Origin: Aeropyrum sp.
GTDB taxonomy: Archaea; Thermoproteota; Thermoprotei_A; Sulfolobales; Acidilobaceae
Length of the DNA stretch: 64,000 bases
Direction of reading: 5' to 3'
Assembly (NCBI GenBank): GCA_015521685.1
Contig: WANT01000024.1
Coordinates: 901 to 64,900, forward strand
Under the pieces are notes generated by a model, which was given only the letters and a program-made list of their open reading frames with translations, made no database searches and had not been told where the DNA came from. Shown here piece by piece: positions 56,306 to 64,000 of this stretch (position 1 is its first letter; the number at the start of each line of letters is the position of its first letter). Made by a program: the position numbers and the translations under genes.

Positions 56306-57061
56306 GTGTTTAGAGTCGTGATCAAGGTAGATAGATTCTTCGGCTTAATAGGCAGTGAGGTTAGGGACGAATACGATAGGACTGTTGGGACACTTGTGAG
56401 TTTCTCAAGCGGAGTAGATGGCGAGATAAAGAGCGTTGAGATTAAGATTGTTGATAGGGGTCTCGAGAGGATACCGGGCGAGCGGGTTAAGCTCGTGGAT
56501 GGTAGGATAGTTGTCTCTCCTGAATGGAAGTTTGAGGCTTTAAGAGTTATTGAGGCACTGGAAAGGGCATACAAGAGAAGGAAGGCTGTAGAAAATATAG
56601 CCAAACAATCAAACATCCCTGCCGAGATCGTCGAGAATATGAGAAGGCAGCTCTCGGAGGAGATTAAGAGGCTTAGGATAAGGGCTGAAGAGGTTAAGAC
56701 AAAGATAAAGTCTAGGATTAGTGAGATCGACGACGAAATGCTACATGTAGCGAGTGCCACAGCAAACCTCCAGATGCTATATTTCAGCGGGGAAATCAGC
56801 GACAAGAGCTACACTAGCGGGATGAACCATCTAAGAAAGCTAAACGAAACTCTGGAGAAGGAGAAGCAAGACGCTAAACACGTTCTCGACAAGCTAGAGA
56901 AGACGCACGAAGCTGCAACAGGGGTCCTAGAATCCCCCACAGCAAAGGTAGGCAAGGCTGACAGTGGCGAGGCCAAGCATGGCTCTATAGGCCCAGCTAC
57001 TGCCACTAAGGCTCCTTCAAGCCAGGAGAGCGAGATTCTTGTGAAGATAGAAGAGGGCTAA
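56306..57061 (+). CDS. cdvA: Cell division protein CdvA
   Basis: PRC-barrel-like start (IGSEVRDEYDRTVG), PEWK, long coiled coil, low-complexity linker, terminal ILVKI peptide. Confidence 0.85.
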   Translation: MFRVVIKVDRFFGLIGSEVRDEYDRTVGTLVSFSSGVDGEIKSVEIKIVDRGLERIPGERVKLVDGRIVVSPEWKFEALRVIEALERAYKRRKAVENIAKQSNIPAEIVENMRRQLSEEIKRLRIRAEEVKTKIKSRISEIDDEMLHVASATANLQMLYFSGEISDKSYTSGMNHLRKLNETLEKEKQDAKHVLDKLEKTHEAATGVLESPTAKVGKADSGEAKHGSIGPATATKAPSSQESEILVKIEEG

Positions 57062-57299
57062 GAAACCACCTACAACTCTAGCCATCCTTACTTAGATGTT
57101 TGAAAGACTATTTTGATAATACAATGTTAACCAACTATCTCATCCATAATTCTCACAAGTGTATACGATACTCTGCAGGATAGTTCTCGGCAACCCGATC
57201 AAAACCCTTCTGCAAGCTCCTACCACGTTGACTTACATTTATCTCTTACAAGTCAAACCTTGGATATCTAGGTGTCCGAAACTGGTTGACCACATCTTT

Positions 57300-57806
57300 A
57301 TGCTAGTTCCTTTAGGTGTTGCCCCAGACACAGTGTTTGAGATTGCTAAGCTCAGCAAAACTAGCTTCCCCGTTGAGAGCGAGTGGATAGCCTTGGCCGA
57401 CCCTTTACAGCCGCCGATAGAAGCTTATAACTGGGAGAGAATGCAGTTCGATGCTATAGCCTTGAACCGATATATTGGCCGTGTTTTCAGGGAGTTTATT
57501 CAAGAGGGGGTTAGAGTCATAGGAGTGGTAGCTGCTGATGGGTATATTGATGGAATGAACTACGTGTTTGGCCTGGCATCGAGAGATTTTGGAGTAGCTT
57601 CTGTTTATGTTAAGAGGCTTGAGTCTAGTGATAGGAACCTTTATTTTGAGCGTGTTGTCAAGGAGGTCCTCCACGAGTCTGGCCATCTGGCCGGTCTCCC
57701 CCACTGCTCCAACCCGAAATGTGTCATGAGTTTTAGCAATTCAGTTAGAGAAGTGGACTATAAAGCGGCTTGGTTCTGCGAGTCTTGCAGGCTGAGGATT
57801 AGATAA
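57300..57806 (+). CDS. amzA: Archaemetzincin (AmzA) Zn metalloprotease
   Basis: HESGHLAGLPHC..PKCVMSFSN...D.K...FCESC, NYVFGLA; exact start uncertain (ATG 57300 chosen). Confidence 0.92.
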   Translation: MLVPLGVAPDTVFEIAKLSKTSFPVESEWIALADPLQPPIEAYNWERMQFDAIALNRYIGRVFREFIQEGVRVIGVVAADGYIDGMNYVFGLASRDFGVASVYVKRLESSDRNLYFERVVKEVLHESGHLAGLPHCSNPKCVMSFSNSVREVDYKAAWFCESCRLRIR

Positions 57807-57819
57807 CTAGATATCATAG

Positions 57820-58272
57820 CTAGATGTCGACAACAAACTGTATCTTCCAGCAGTCCTCGCCGACTCTAGATATCTCCATGTCCGCGTAGGTCATGGCCTT
57901 CACGATAGTCCTGTGCTCATGCCTGGAATCGTCGAACTTCTCCCCCCACGCGCTAGCAGCGATCTTGCATCCAGCATCGGGTTCTCCGCACTCGACCTTA
58001 CAGACCCTCACAATCGAAAACACCAGGCCATCAGCATCGGTGTATGCCAATAGCTCCTCTACAAACCTATATAGTAGGTTTTCCATATCGATCCCCTCCG
58101 TATTCAAGTCAACCCGTGTTTTGGGCTTAACCCGGGAAGTGTCTGTGATTACCTCGTAGACCCCTATAGCGCTATTTTCTATTGCCTCCTCAAGGGTCCT
58201 ACCCCAGGCTCTAACTAGTACGTCAGCAGTGTGTTCATCGTGCTCCCAACCCCCGCATTTGTCTCTAGCCAT
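57820..58272 (-). CDS. Archease (RtcB cofactor)
   Basis: EHTADV, WGRTLEEA and VKAMTY..M; ends VVDI. Confidence 0.93.
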   Translation of the reverse strand: MARDKCGGWEHDEHTADVLVRAWGRTLEEAIENSAIGVYEVITDTSRVKPKTRVDLNTEGIDMENLLYRFVEELLAYTDADGLVFSIVRVCKVECGEPDAGCKIAASAWGEKFDDSRHEHRTIVKAMTYADMEISRVGEDCWKIQFVVDI

Positions 58273-58342
58273 ACTACATCACCCCTGGTTGATATTTTTC
58301 AGTCAGTGAGGTTAATGAGCCGACTGTTAGGGTGGGATTGAA

Positions 58343-59032
58343 GTGGGTTCGATAGCTGAGAAAGCCAGCGGTAGCGAGGTCCTCGAGCGGCTTAGAAAGA
58401 GCTTATCTCCTAGATGGGACGAGTATGTAGCCCTGGTCTCATATCGGGTAGATAAGGACCCCTTCGCCGTTCTAGTATCAATAGTGCTCAGCCAGAACAC
58501 TAATGACAAGAATAGTATCAAAGCTTATCTAAAGCTCAGGGAAAATGTAGGCGTTAGTGTTAATGATATTATGGAGGCTTCCGAGAACAGTATAATTGAG
58601 TCGATAAAGATAGCAGGCCTAGCAAGACAGAAAGCCAGGACACTCAAGGAATTAGCAAAAGCCGTTCACTCGTGGGGGGGGCCAGACTACCTCCTTAGAG
58701 AGGACCCGTCAATTTTACGTAAGAAGCTTATAGGTATTCCAGGTGTAGGGCCTAAGACAGCAGACGTGTTCCTAAGCTTAGTACGGAAAGCTAGAGGAGT
58801 CTTCGCTGTAGACACCCACGCCGCCAGAATAGCTAAACGTTGGGGGCTTGTTGGTGAGAAGGCGGGCTACGATGAAGTCTCGCAATCACTCATAAGGTTC
58901 TTCGGCGACGAGAATAATGAAGAAGCTCACAGACTTCTTATCGCTCTCGGGAGAAAATACTGCGCTGCAAGAAGGCCGAGGTGTGTGGAGTGTCCGCTGA
59001 AGGACATATGTCCGAGTGCCCGACAGCAATAG
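58343..59032 (+). CDS. nth: Endonuclease III (HhH-GPD DNA glycosylase with 4Fe-4S cluster)
   Basis: LSQNT, IPGVGPKTA, AVDTH and CAARRPRCVECPLKDIC. Confidence 0.93.
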   Translation: MGSIAEKASGSEVLERLRKSLSPRWDEYVALVSYRVDKDPFAVLVSIVLSQNTNDKNSIKAYLKLRENVGVSVNDIMEASENSIIESIKIAGLARQKARTLKELAKAVHSWGGPDYLLREDPSILRKKLIGIPGVGPKTADVFLSLVRKARGVFAVDTHAARIAKRWGLVGEKAGYDEVSQSLIRFFGDENNEEAHRLLIALGRKYCAARRPRCVECPLKDICPSARQQ

Positions 59033-59538
59033 TAATAGCGCAGCCGGGGAGGAGGGGCTGGGCACTCGAGGAGGCGTGGGACCTGGCCGCCACTGTAAGT
59101 CGGGGGCATATACTTGTGAAGGAGTCGCGGTTTCCAGGAGTTATACTGTTGTTCGCCAGGGGTTCTAGCCCATTAGACGTCTCGAGAGCTGCCGCGAGGA
59201 TGGAGTTCGGTTTTGTTCAAAGAATTGTTCCATCCGTCTCTTGCTTTAAGGCTTCCTCTGAGGGAGAGGTCCTCGAGAAGCTTCGTGACGTCTTAAGAAG
59301 CCTTAGGCCTGCCGGGAAGTATAGGGTGTTTCTTAGCCTTAGGGGATCTGGAAAGAGTATTGTAGGGAAGAGTAGAGTGGAGGAGTTGTTGAGATCTACA
59401 GGTGTTGTCCCTGCTAGAGGTTCTAGCAGGGGTATTGCTGTCGAGAGCGTTGACGACGTCTTCATCTTCTCAATCGGTATTATTAGGGCTTGCGGCTCGC
59501 GCTGTATTCTATTATATTATCGAGGGGTTTACGGTTAA
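59008..59538 (+). CDS. THUMP-like RNA-binding protein (tentative)
   Basis: FPGVILL, VQRIVP, basic strand-helix pattern; position before cdc6; motifs weak. Confidence 0.5.
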   Translation: MSECPTAIVIAQPGRRGWALEEAWDLAATVSRGHILVKESRFPGVILLFARGSSPLDVSRAAARMEFGFVQRIVPSVSCFKASSEGEVLEKLRDVLRSLRPAGKYRVFLSLRGSGKSIVGKSRVEELLRSTGVVPARGSSRGIAVESVDDVFIFSIGIIRACGSRCILLYYRGVYG

Positions 59539-59593
59539 GTAGTATCACTCCCAAATACTTTCGCTTTGGTAGATAATAAGGATCTATGGGTGT

Positions 59594-60835
59594 ATGAAAG
59601 TGTATAGTAGCGCCAACACCATATTCAAGGACAGAAAAGTCCTCGACGAGAACTATATCCCCCCCGAGCTGAGGGTGAGAAGCGAGGAGGCGGAGATACT
59701 AACCAGGATCTACATGAACAGGCTCTTCTCCAATGCTGGTCTGGCAGACGTCAACATGATATACGGCAGCCTAGGCAGGGTAGGCATAGGTAAGACAACC
59801 CTAGCTAAGTTCGTCGCGAAAAGGGTGTCCAGCATCGCTGCCAAAGAGGGCATAATGGTTAGGCACGCCTACGTTAATGCATACAACGCTCCAAACCTCT
59901 ATAGCATTCTAAGCGTGATAGTAAGGCAAACCGACTACCCTATACAGGTTCGCGGCGCTCCAGCTATAGATATACTCAAGGCTCTCGTCGACAACCTGTA
60001 CATGAAGAACCACTACCTGCTAGTAGTCCTGGACGAGTTCCAGAGCATGTTGAGCAGCCCTAGGATAGCTTCCGAGGACCTCTACACTCTACTAAGAATA
60101 CATGAGGAAATCCCTACGCGAGACGGTGTCAGCAGGGTGGGCTTTCTCCTCGTAGCCAGCGATGTAAGAGCACTAAGCTACATGAGGGAGAAGATACCCC
60201 AGGTAGAGTCCCAAATAGGCTTCAAAATCCATCTTCCTGGCTACAGGTCTGGAGAGCTCTACAAGATCCTAGAGCAGAGGGCCGAGCTAGGTCTTAGAGA
60301 TTTCTCCTGGAGGCCGGAACATCTAACTCTAATAAGCGATGTGTATGGAGAGGATCGCGGTGGGGACGGGAGCGCTAGAAGAGCTATAATTGCTCTCAAG
60401 ATGGCGTGCGAGCTAGCCGAATCCCTGGGTTACGACTCGCTCAGCGAGGAGCTTGTCAGGAGGGCGGTATCGGAGAATGAGGCAGCAAGCATCCAAGTAA
60501 GCGAGCTAGAGGCCCTAAGCGTCCACGAGCTCCTCATACTAAAGCTAGTAGCACAAGCTACCATGGAGGGGTTGGAATGGATAAATACTGGCATGCTTAG
60601 GCAGAGATACGAAGAAACCATAGCAGAATTAGGCCTAAAGCCGCGGGGCTACACCCAGTACCATGTCTACCTCAAACACCTTACAGCCCTGGGACTTGTA
60701 GAGTCTAGGCTCTCAGGTAAGGGTATGAGGGGCAGGACAACGCTACTTAGACTAGCCCCATACCTACCTGCAGATAGGCTTGTGGAGGTCGTAGACTCGG
60801 TGATCTCAGGTAAATTAAGTGACGGGGGAGAGTAG
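59594..60835 (+). CDS. cdc6: Orc1/Cdc6 initiator, Orc1-2 type
   Basis: LDENYIPPEL, GRVGIGKTT, VLDEFQ, GSARRAI and a C-terminal winged helix; strongly resembles Aeropyrum pernix ORC2 as recalled. Confidence 0.95.
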   Translation: MKVYSSANTIFKDRKVLDENYIPPELRVRSEEAEILTRIYMNRLFSNAGLADVNMIYGSLGRVGIGKTTLAKFVAKRVSSIAAKEGIMVRHAYVNAYNAPNLYSILSVIVRQTDYPIQVRGAPAIDILKALVDNLYMKNHYLLVVLDEFQSMLSSPRIASEDLYTLLRIHEEIPTRDGVSRVGFLLVASDVRALSYMREKIPQVESQIGFKIHLPGYRSGELYKILEQRAELGLRDFSWRPEHLTLISDVYGEDRGGDGSARRAIIALKMACELAESLGYDSLSEELVRRAVSENEAASIQVSELEALSVHELLILKLVAQATMEGLEWINTGMLRQRYEETIAELGLKPRGYTQYHVYLKHLTALGLVESRLSGKGMRGRTTLLRLAPYLPADRLVEVVDSVISGKLSDGGE

Positions 60836-60857
60836 AGTGAAGAGGTGAAGGCAAGAG

Positions 60858-61124
60858 TTGGCAGGTCTCGAGGATATTATTACCAGTAAGGGAAAGGTAA
60901 AGATACTTAAGATCCTTGTTAAGGATGGCCAGGCTAATATTACACGGCTAGTTAGAGAAACTGGTATGCATCATAAGCTTGTTTCGAAACACATCGAAGA
61001 TCTTAAGAGAATGGGGCTTGTCGGCGAGAAGAGGTATGGTAGGATCAGGTTCATATATCTCGAGTACGGGGATCCTAGGGTTAGGGTTATAAGGGAAATA
61101 ATCAAGAGCTTGGAGTCGATGTAG
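60858..61124 (+). CDS. ArsR-like winged-helix protein
   Basis: KVKILKILV, NITRLVRETG, SKHIEDLKRMGLV and GRIR. Confidence 0.85.
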   Translation: MAGLEDIITSKGKVKILKILVKDGQANITRLVRETGMHHKLVSKHIEDLKRMGLVGEKRYGRIRFIYLEYGDPRVRVIREIIKSLESM

Positions 61125-61136
61125 AGGGGGCAAAGA

Positions 61137-61859
61137 TTATGATATGTGCTTCCTAAGCCTGTCGAGAACCAAGCTTAGATAGCTTCTATCACTCACTACG
61201 ACAGCCCTAATACCGGTGGGTCCTCCGGGATACAGGAATATCCCTCTAGCAGCCATAATTATGGCGTCAGGCATAGGTACCTCCCTCTCGAGAACAATAA
61301 CGTCCCCCCCAATATCCATGGGCGGCTTGGATATTAGGTATATGGCCCTCCCCAGCTTGGCGGCCTCGCCCGCTATCGTTCTAACGATATTCGGATAATC
61401 CCTCAATACATAGACTATATTTATGTAGACATTATCCGTCTCCCTAAGAGCCTCGGCAGCCAGGCTTATAACCTGATAAGGGCTATCCACTATAACAGGC
61501 TCCACAGGCTTCTCAGGCGACTGCACTATTGACTCTAGCACCTCTGCAGCTTTAATAATAGACCTCACCTTACTCCTAGACTCCTCCTCAATTCTTGCGA
61601 TCTCTGCCACAGCAGCAGCCCTAGGTGGCACATATTTGTACCATCCCTCTGACGAAGGAACAGCAAGGCCCTTAGACTCTAGCACCCTCACGACGTCGTA
61701 GACCCTAGGGAGCGGGACGCCACTCATCACGCTAGCCTCCTTCGGAGATGATGCTCCACGCAGTAAGGCTAAATAAACCCGCGCCTCATATGTTGTTAGC
61801 CTAAAGCTCCTCTGAAGAATAGAGATAAGCTCCTCATCGCTTGGCAAGGCGTCGCGCAC
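61137..61859 (-). CDS. TrmB-family transcription regulator
   Basis: LTTYEARVYLALL, SGVPLPRVYDVVRVLESKG and Y..VPP. Confidence 0.88.
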   Translation of the reverse strand: MRDALPSDEELISILQRSFRLTTYEARVYLALLRGASSPKEASVMSGVPLPRVYDVVRVLESKGLAVPSSEGWYKYVPPRAAAVAEIARIEEESRSKVRSIIKAAEVLESIVQSPEKPVEPVIVDSPYQVISLAAEALRETDNVYINIVYVLRDYPNIVRTIAGEAAKLGRAIYLISKPPMDIGGDVIVLEREVPMPDAIIMAARGIFLYPGGPTGIRAVVVSDRSYLSLVLDRLRKHIS

Positions 61860-61964
61860 CTACACCTTACTCCTGACTTGAGGCCTAGGCTCGCCTAATC
61901 CTATACTCCATGTACTCTAATTCTATCTAATTCCTGCATGTATATGTTCCTAACCTAAGGGTAA

Positions 61965-63266
61965 TTATCTGCATTCACCCTCTACTCTCAAACCCAGCAA
62001 TGAAGATAATAATGCTACCCACGGAGCCAGACCAAAGAAGGCCGTCATAGCGTATACAAGTCCTTTGCCGCCCTTGAGCTGCGCGGCCTCTACATTCATG
62101 CCAGTTGGAGGCAGTTTAGGAATATCATTTATAACACTGATATTCACTTCCTCAAGCCTGATAAGCCTCTCCTCAACATTCAACAACAACTCATCCGTGT
62201 AGTCCTCTGATATTACTCTAGCCGGGATAAGCCTCGCTATGCTCCAGCCACTCTCGGTCTCTACAACTCCATACCCTCCAGTGTAGAGATTTAGTACGAT
62301 TGACTCGTATTTTGGATGGGATATCAAATTGAATGATGCCCACAGCCCGGAGCTGGAAGCCCAATATCCTTGGAATACGTATGAGCCTGAAATCGATAGC
62401 TCATTAAGAGAAACAAGCTTGAAACCATCGGGAGACTCTATAAACCTGGCTATCATAAGTGGCTCCCCAGGTACCTCCACTAGAGCTATGACTCCTAAGG
62501 GGCCATCCTTAGCGGCTACGATCCTGGAGTTACTTATGTTCAACACTACTCCATTACGCTTCTCTAAATCATACAGGAACCCATTTCCACCTATTTGACC
62601 GTAAACCAGCACATAGTCCGCCGACTCGTATGCTCCATATATTCTGACCGCTCCCAGCTCCCCCGACAAAATAAACGCCATTGTATTAGAATCTCTGCTC
62701 GCTGAGACTACCACATTGCCGAAAAAGACCATAGAACCCCAGCTAGACGACTGTCTGAACGGAGCTTTTGCTTCGTCGTAATACTTAATAGTGAGATCCT
62801 CTAGCCCCCTAACATCATATAAACTAGCCTTCCCATCCTCTACTACAACCAGCCGCAAACGACCGTCACCATATATAGAGGCCGCTATGGACTTTTCCTC
62901 GCTGCACGCTAGACTAGCGAACAACCCTCCCATGTAAATCGACCGCACCGTCCATGCCTGTGGAGTGGATATAATCATGTATGGTTCCACAAGACTTGCA
63001 GCCATAACTATTTCCCGTCCTGTCGAACACGCGGATAGCGGCGTATACGAAACTACTCTGAAACCCCCCAACTCTGAACTGTATACCTGAAAGCCCGCGT
63101 ATAACTTGGAGACCGATATTCCGTTCTCATAATACATTGCACTTGAGTCCAGCGCATAGCCTTCAAGCTCATATTCGAGCGGTAAGGCCCAGAAGGCTAC
63201 TACTGTAATTATGTAGAAGATTATAGCGATATGCCAGCCCTCGAGCCTCCCTACTCTGTACTCCAA
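61965..63266 (-). CDS. Exported protein anchored at both ends (beta-rich ectodomain)
   Basis: N-terminal hydrophobic segment, beta-strand-rich middle, C-terminal TM helix. Confidence 0.65.
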   Translation of the reverse strand: MEYRVGRLEGWHIAIIFYIITVVAFWALPLEYELEGYALDSSAMYYENGISVSKLYAGFQVYSSELGGFRVVSYTPLSACSTGREIVMAASLVEPYMIISTPQAWTVRSIYMGGLFASLACSEEKSIAASIYGDGRLRLVVVEDGKASLYDVRGLEDLTIKYYDEAKAPFRQSSSWGSMVFFGNVVVSASRDSNTMAFILSGELGAVRIYGAYESADYVLVYGQIGGNGFLYDLEKRNGVVLNISNSRIVAAKDGPLGVIALVEVPGEPLMIARFIESPDGFKLVSLNELSISGSYVFQGYWASSSGLWASFNLISHPKYESIVLNLYTGGYGVVETESGWSIARLIPARVISEDYTDELLLNVEERLIRLEEVNISVINDIPKLPPTGMNVEAAQLKGGKGLVYAMTAFFGLAPWVALLSSLLGLRVEGECR

Positions 63267-63272
63267 ATCCTG

Positions 63273-63860
63273 TCAGCCCCTACCTTCTGACCCGCCTACT
63301 GAGCAGCTCCTATCCTGCCCAACCTCTGTAAGGAGGTTTTCAATACCGAAATAATAGTTGAGTAGCCCACTACCTCGCACAATCGAGCCCTCCGGGGAAA
63401 GCAATATCAGAGGGCCCTCAAACTTTAGCGTGGATTCAGACTTTAAGAGCATCCTACCACCTAGCGGAGCAGCACACACAAACCCCAACCCACCCAAAAT
63501 AGGCGCTCTCTCTACCCTCTCCACCTTGTCAAGCCTCACAGAAGAGCCCCTATCATGTACTGGACTATAGCAGTAGATCGCGTCCCCACACCTCCATACC
63601 AGGATCTCGAGAATACCCAAACATTTGTACCGACCATCAAGAACACGCTCCAGAGACTCAACAGAGCGTGACACTCTCCCGAGCTCCCTATACACGCTAA
63701 CGCCTAAGACCACCGTCACAGCCACAATCGCAATAGCTACTATAACATTCCACGGGAAAACACTCCTAACAGCTATAATGAGTCCAGCAACAGTCACAAT
63801 GATATCTGCTGCCAATAACGAAGCTTTAAACAGCCTAATCCGCTGCCTGCACCCAAGCAA
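63273..63860 (-). CDS. Hypothetical membrane protein (2 N-terminal TM)
   Basis: Two hydrophobic helices followed by a soluble Cys-containing domain. Confidence 0.6.
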   Translation of the reverse strand: MLGCRQRIRLFKASLLAADIIVTVAGLIIAVRSVFPWNVIVAIAIVAVTVVLGVSVYRELGRVSRSVESLERVLDGRYKCLGILEILVWRCGDAIYCYSPVHDRGSSVRLDKVERVERAPILGGLGFVCAAPLGGRMLLKSESTLKFEGPLILLSPEGSIVRGSGLLNYYFGIENLLTEVGQDRSCSVGGSEGRG

Positions 63861-63862
63861 CT

Positions 63863-64000
63863 CTAAACTACCCCAACTAAGGCTACCGAAGCAATATAGA
63901 ATAATGATACTCCCATCAAATCAACCAACCCAGTAACTAATGGCTGAGAAGTTGCATCGGGATCAACACCCGCCCTTACAGCGACTAATACGATAGCCCA
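63863..64000 (-). CDS. C-terminal fragment of an MgtE/SLC41-like divalent cation transporter
   Basis: WAIVLVAVRAGVDPDATSQPLVTGLVDLMGVSLFYIASVALVGVV*: GxDP...PLVT..xD..G motif. Confidence 0.7.
   Translation of the reverse strand, partial: WAIVLVAVRAGVDPDATSQPLVTGLVDLMGVSLFYIASVALVGVV

Noticed and set aside
59539-59593. Replication origin (ORB repeats) next to cdc6
   Set aside because: The gap is only 55 bp with no TCCA..GGAAA..GGGG ORB motif; the Orc1-2-type paralog is not typically origin-linked. No ORB repeats were seen in other AT-rich gaps either.
60858-61124. WhiP initiator
   Set aside because: Only 88 aa with a single wHTH; fits an ArsR-like protein rather than the larger WhiP.
1-64000. 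CRISPR arrays, tRNA/rRNA genes, IS elements, integrases
   Set aside because: No regularly spaced repeats, no T-loop GTTCRAATC cloverleaf in intergenic DNA, and no transposase or recombinase motifs were seen by eye; a tRNAscan/CRISPR-finder run would confirm.

Overview
Gene-dense core-chromosome segment of a crenarchaeon (Thermoproteota). It is most similar to Aeropyrum/Desulfurococcales, judged from PolB1, an Orc1-2-type Cdc6, CdvA plus ESCRT-III, a free-standing ThrRS editing subunit and L40e; these similarities are from memory, with no database search. The window is rich in replication, repair and division genes (polB1, mre11-rad50-nurA-herA, fen1, radA, nth, cdc6, cdvA/ESCRT-III). It also carries housekeeping and redox genes, a TldD/PmbA pair, a MoxR cluster and an ETF pair. 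I found no tRNA, rRNA, CRISPR array or transposase. The most interesting signals are: (1) a 399-aa intein in the P-loop of RadA, with an apparently decayed LAGLIDADG domain; (2) a second, stand-alone NurA-HerA pair with intact-looking catalytic motifs, 20 kb from the canonical operon; (3) an unannotated box C/D sRNA behind polB1 whose D guide fits C34 of tRNA-Val(CAC); (4) a structured GC-rich leader before a DUF1646 transporter, a family controlled by Na+ riboswitches in bacteria; (5) a cysteine-free peroxiredoxin-like gene in tandem with a 1-Cys BCP; and (6) a DtxR-fold regulator that has lost most metal ligands. Several start codons were moved from the ORF track where the upstream extension looked non-coding. 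Small genes missed by the track (L40e, a 52-aa Zn ribbon) were added.
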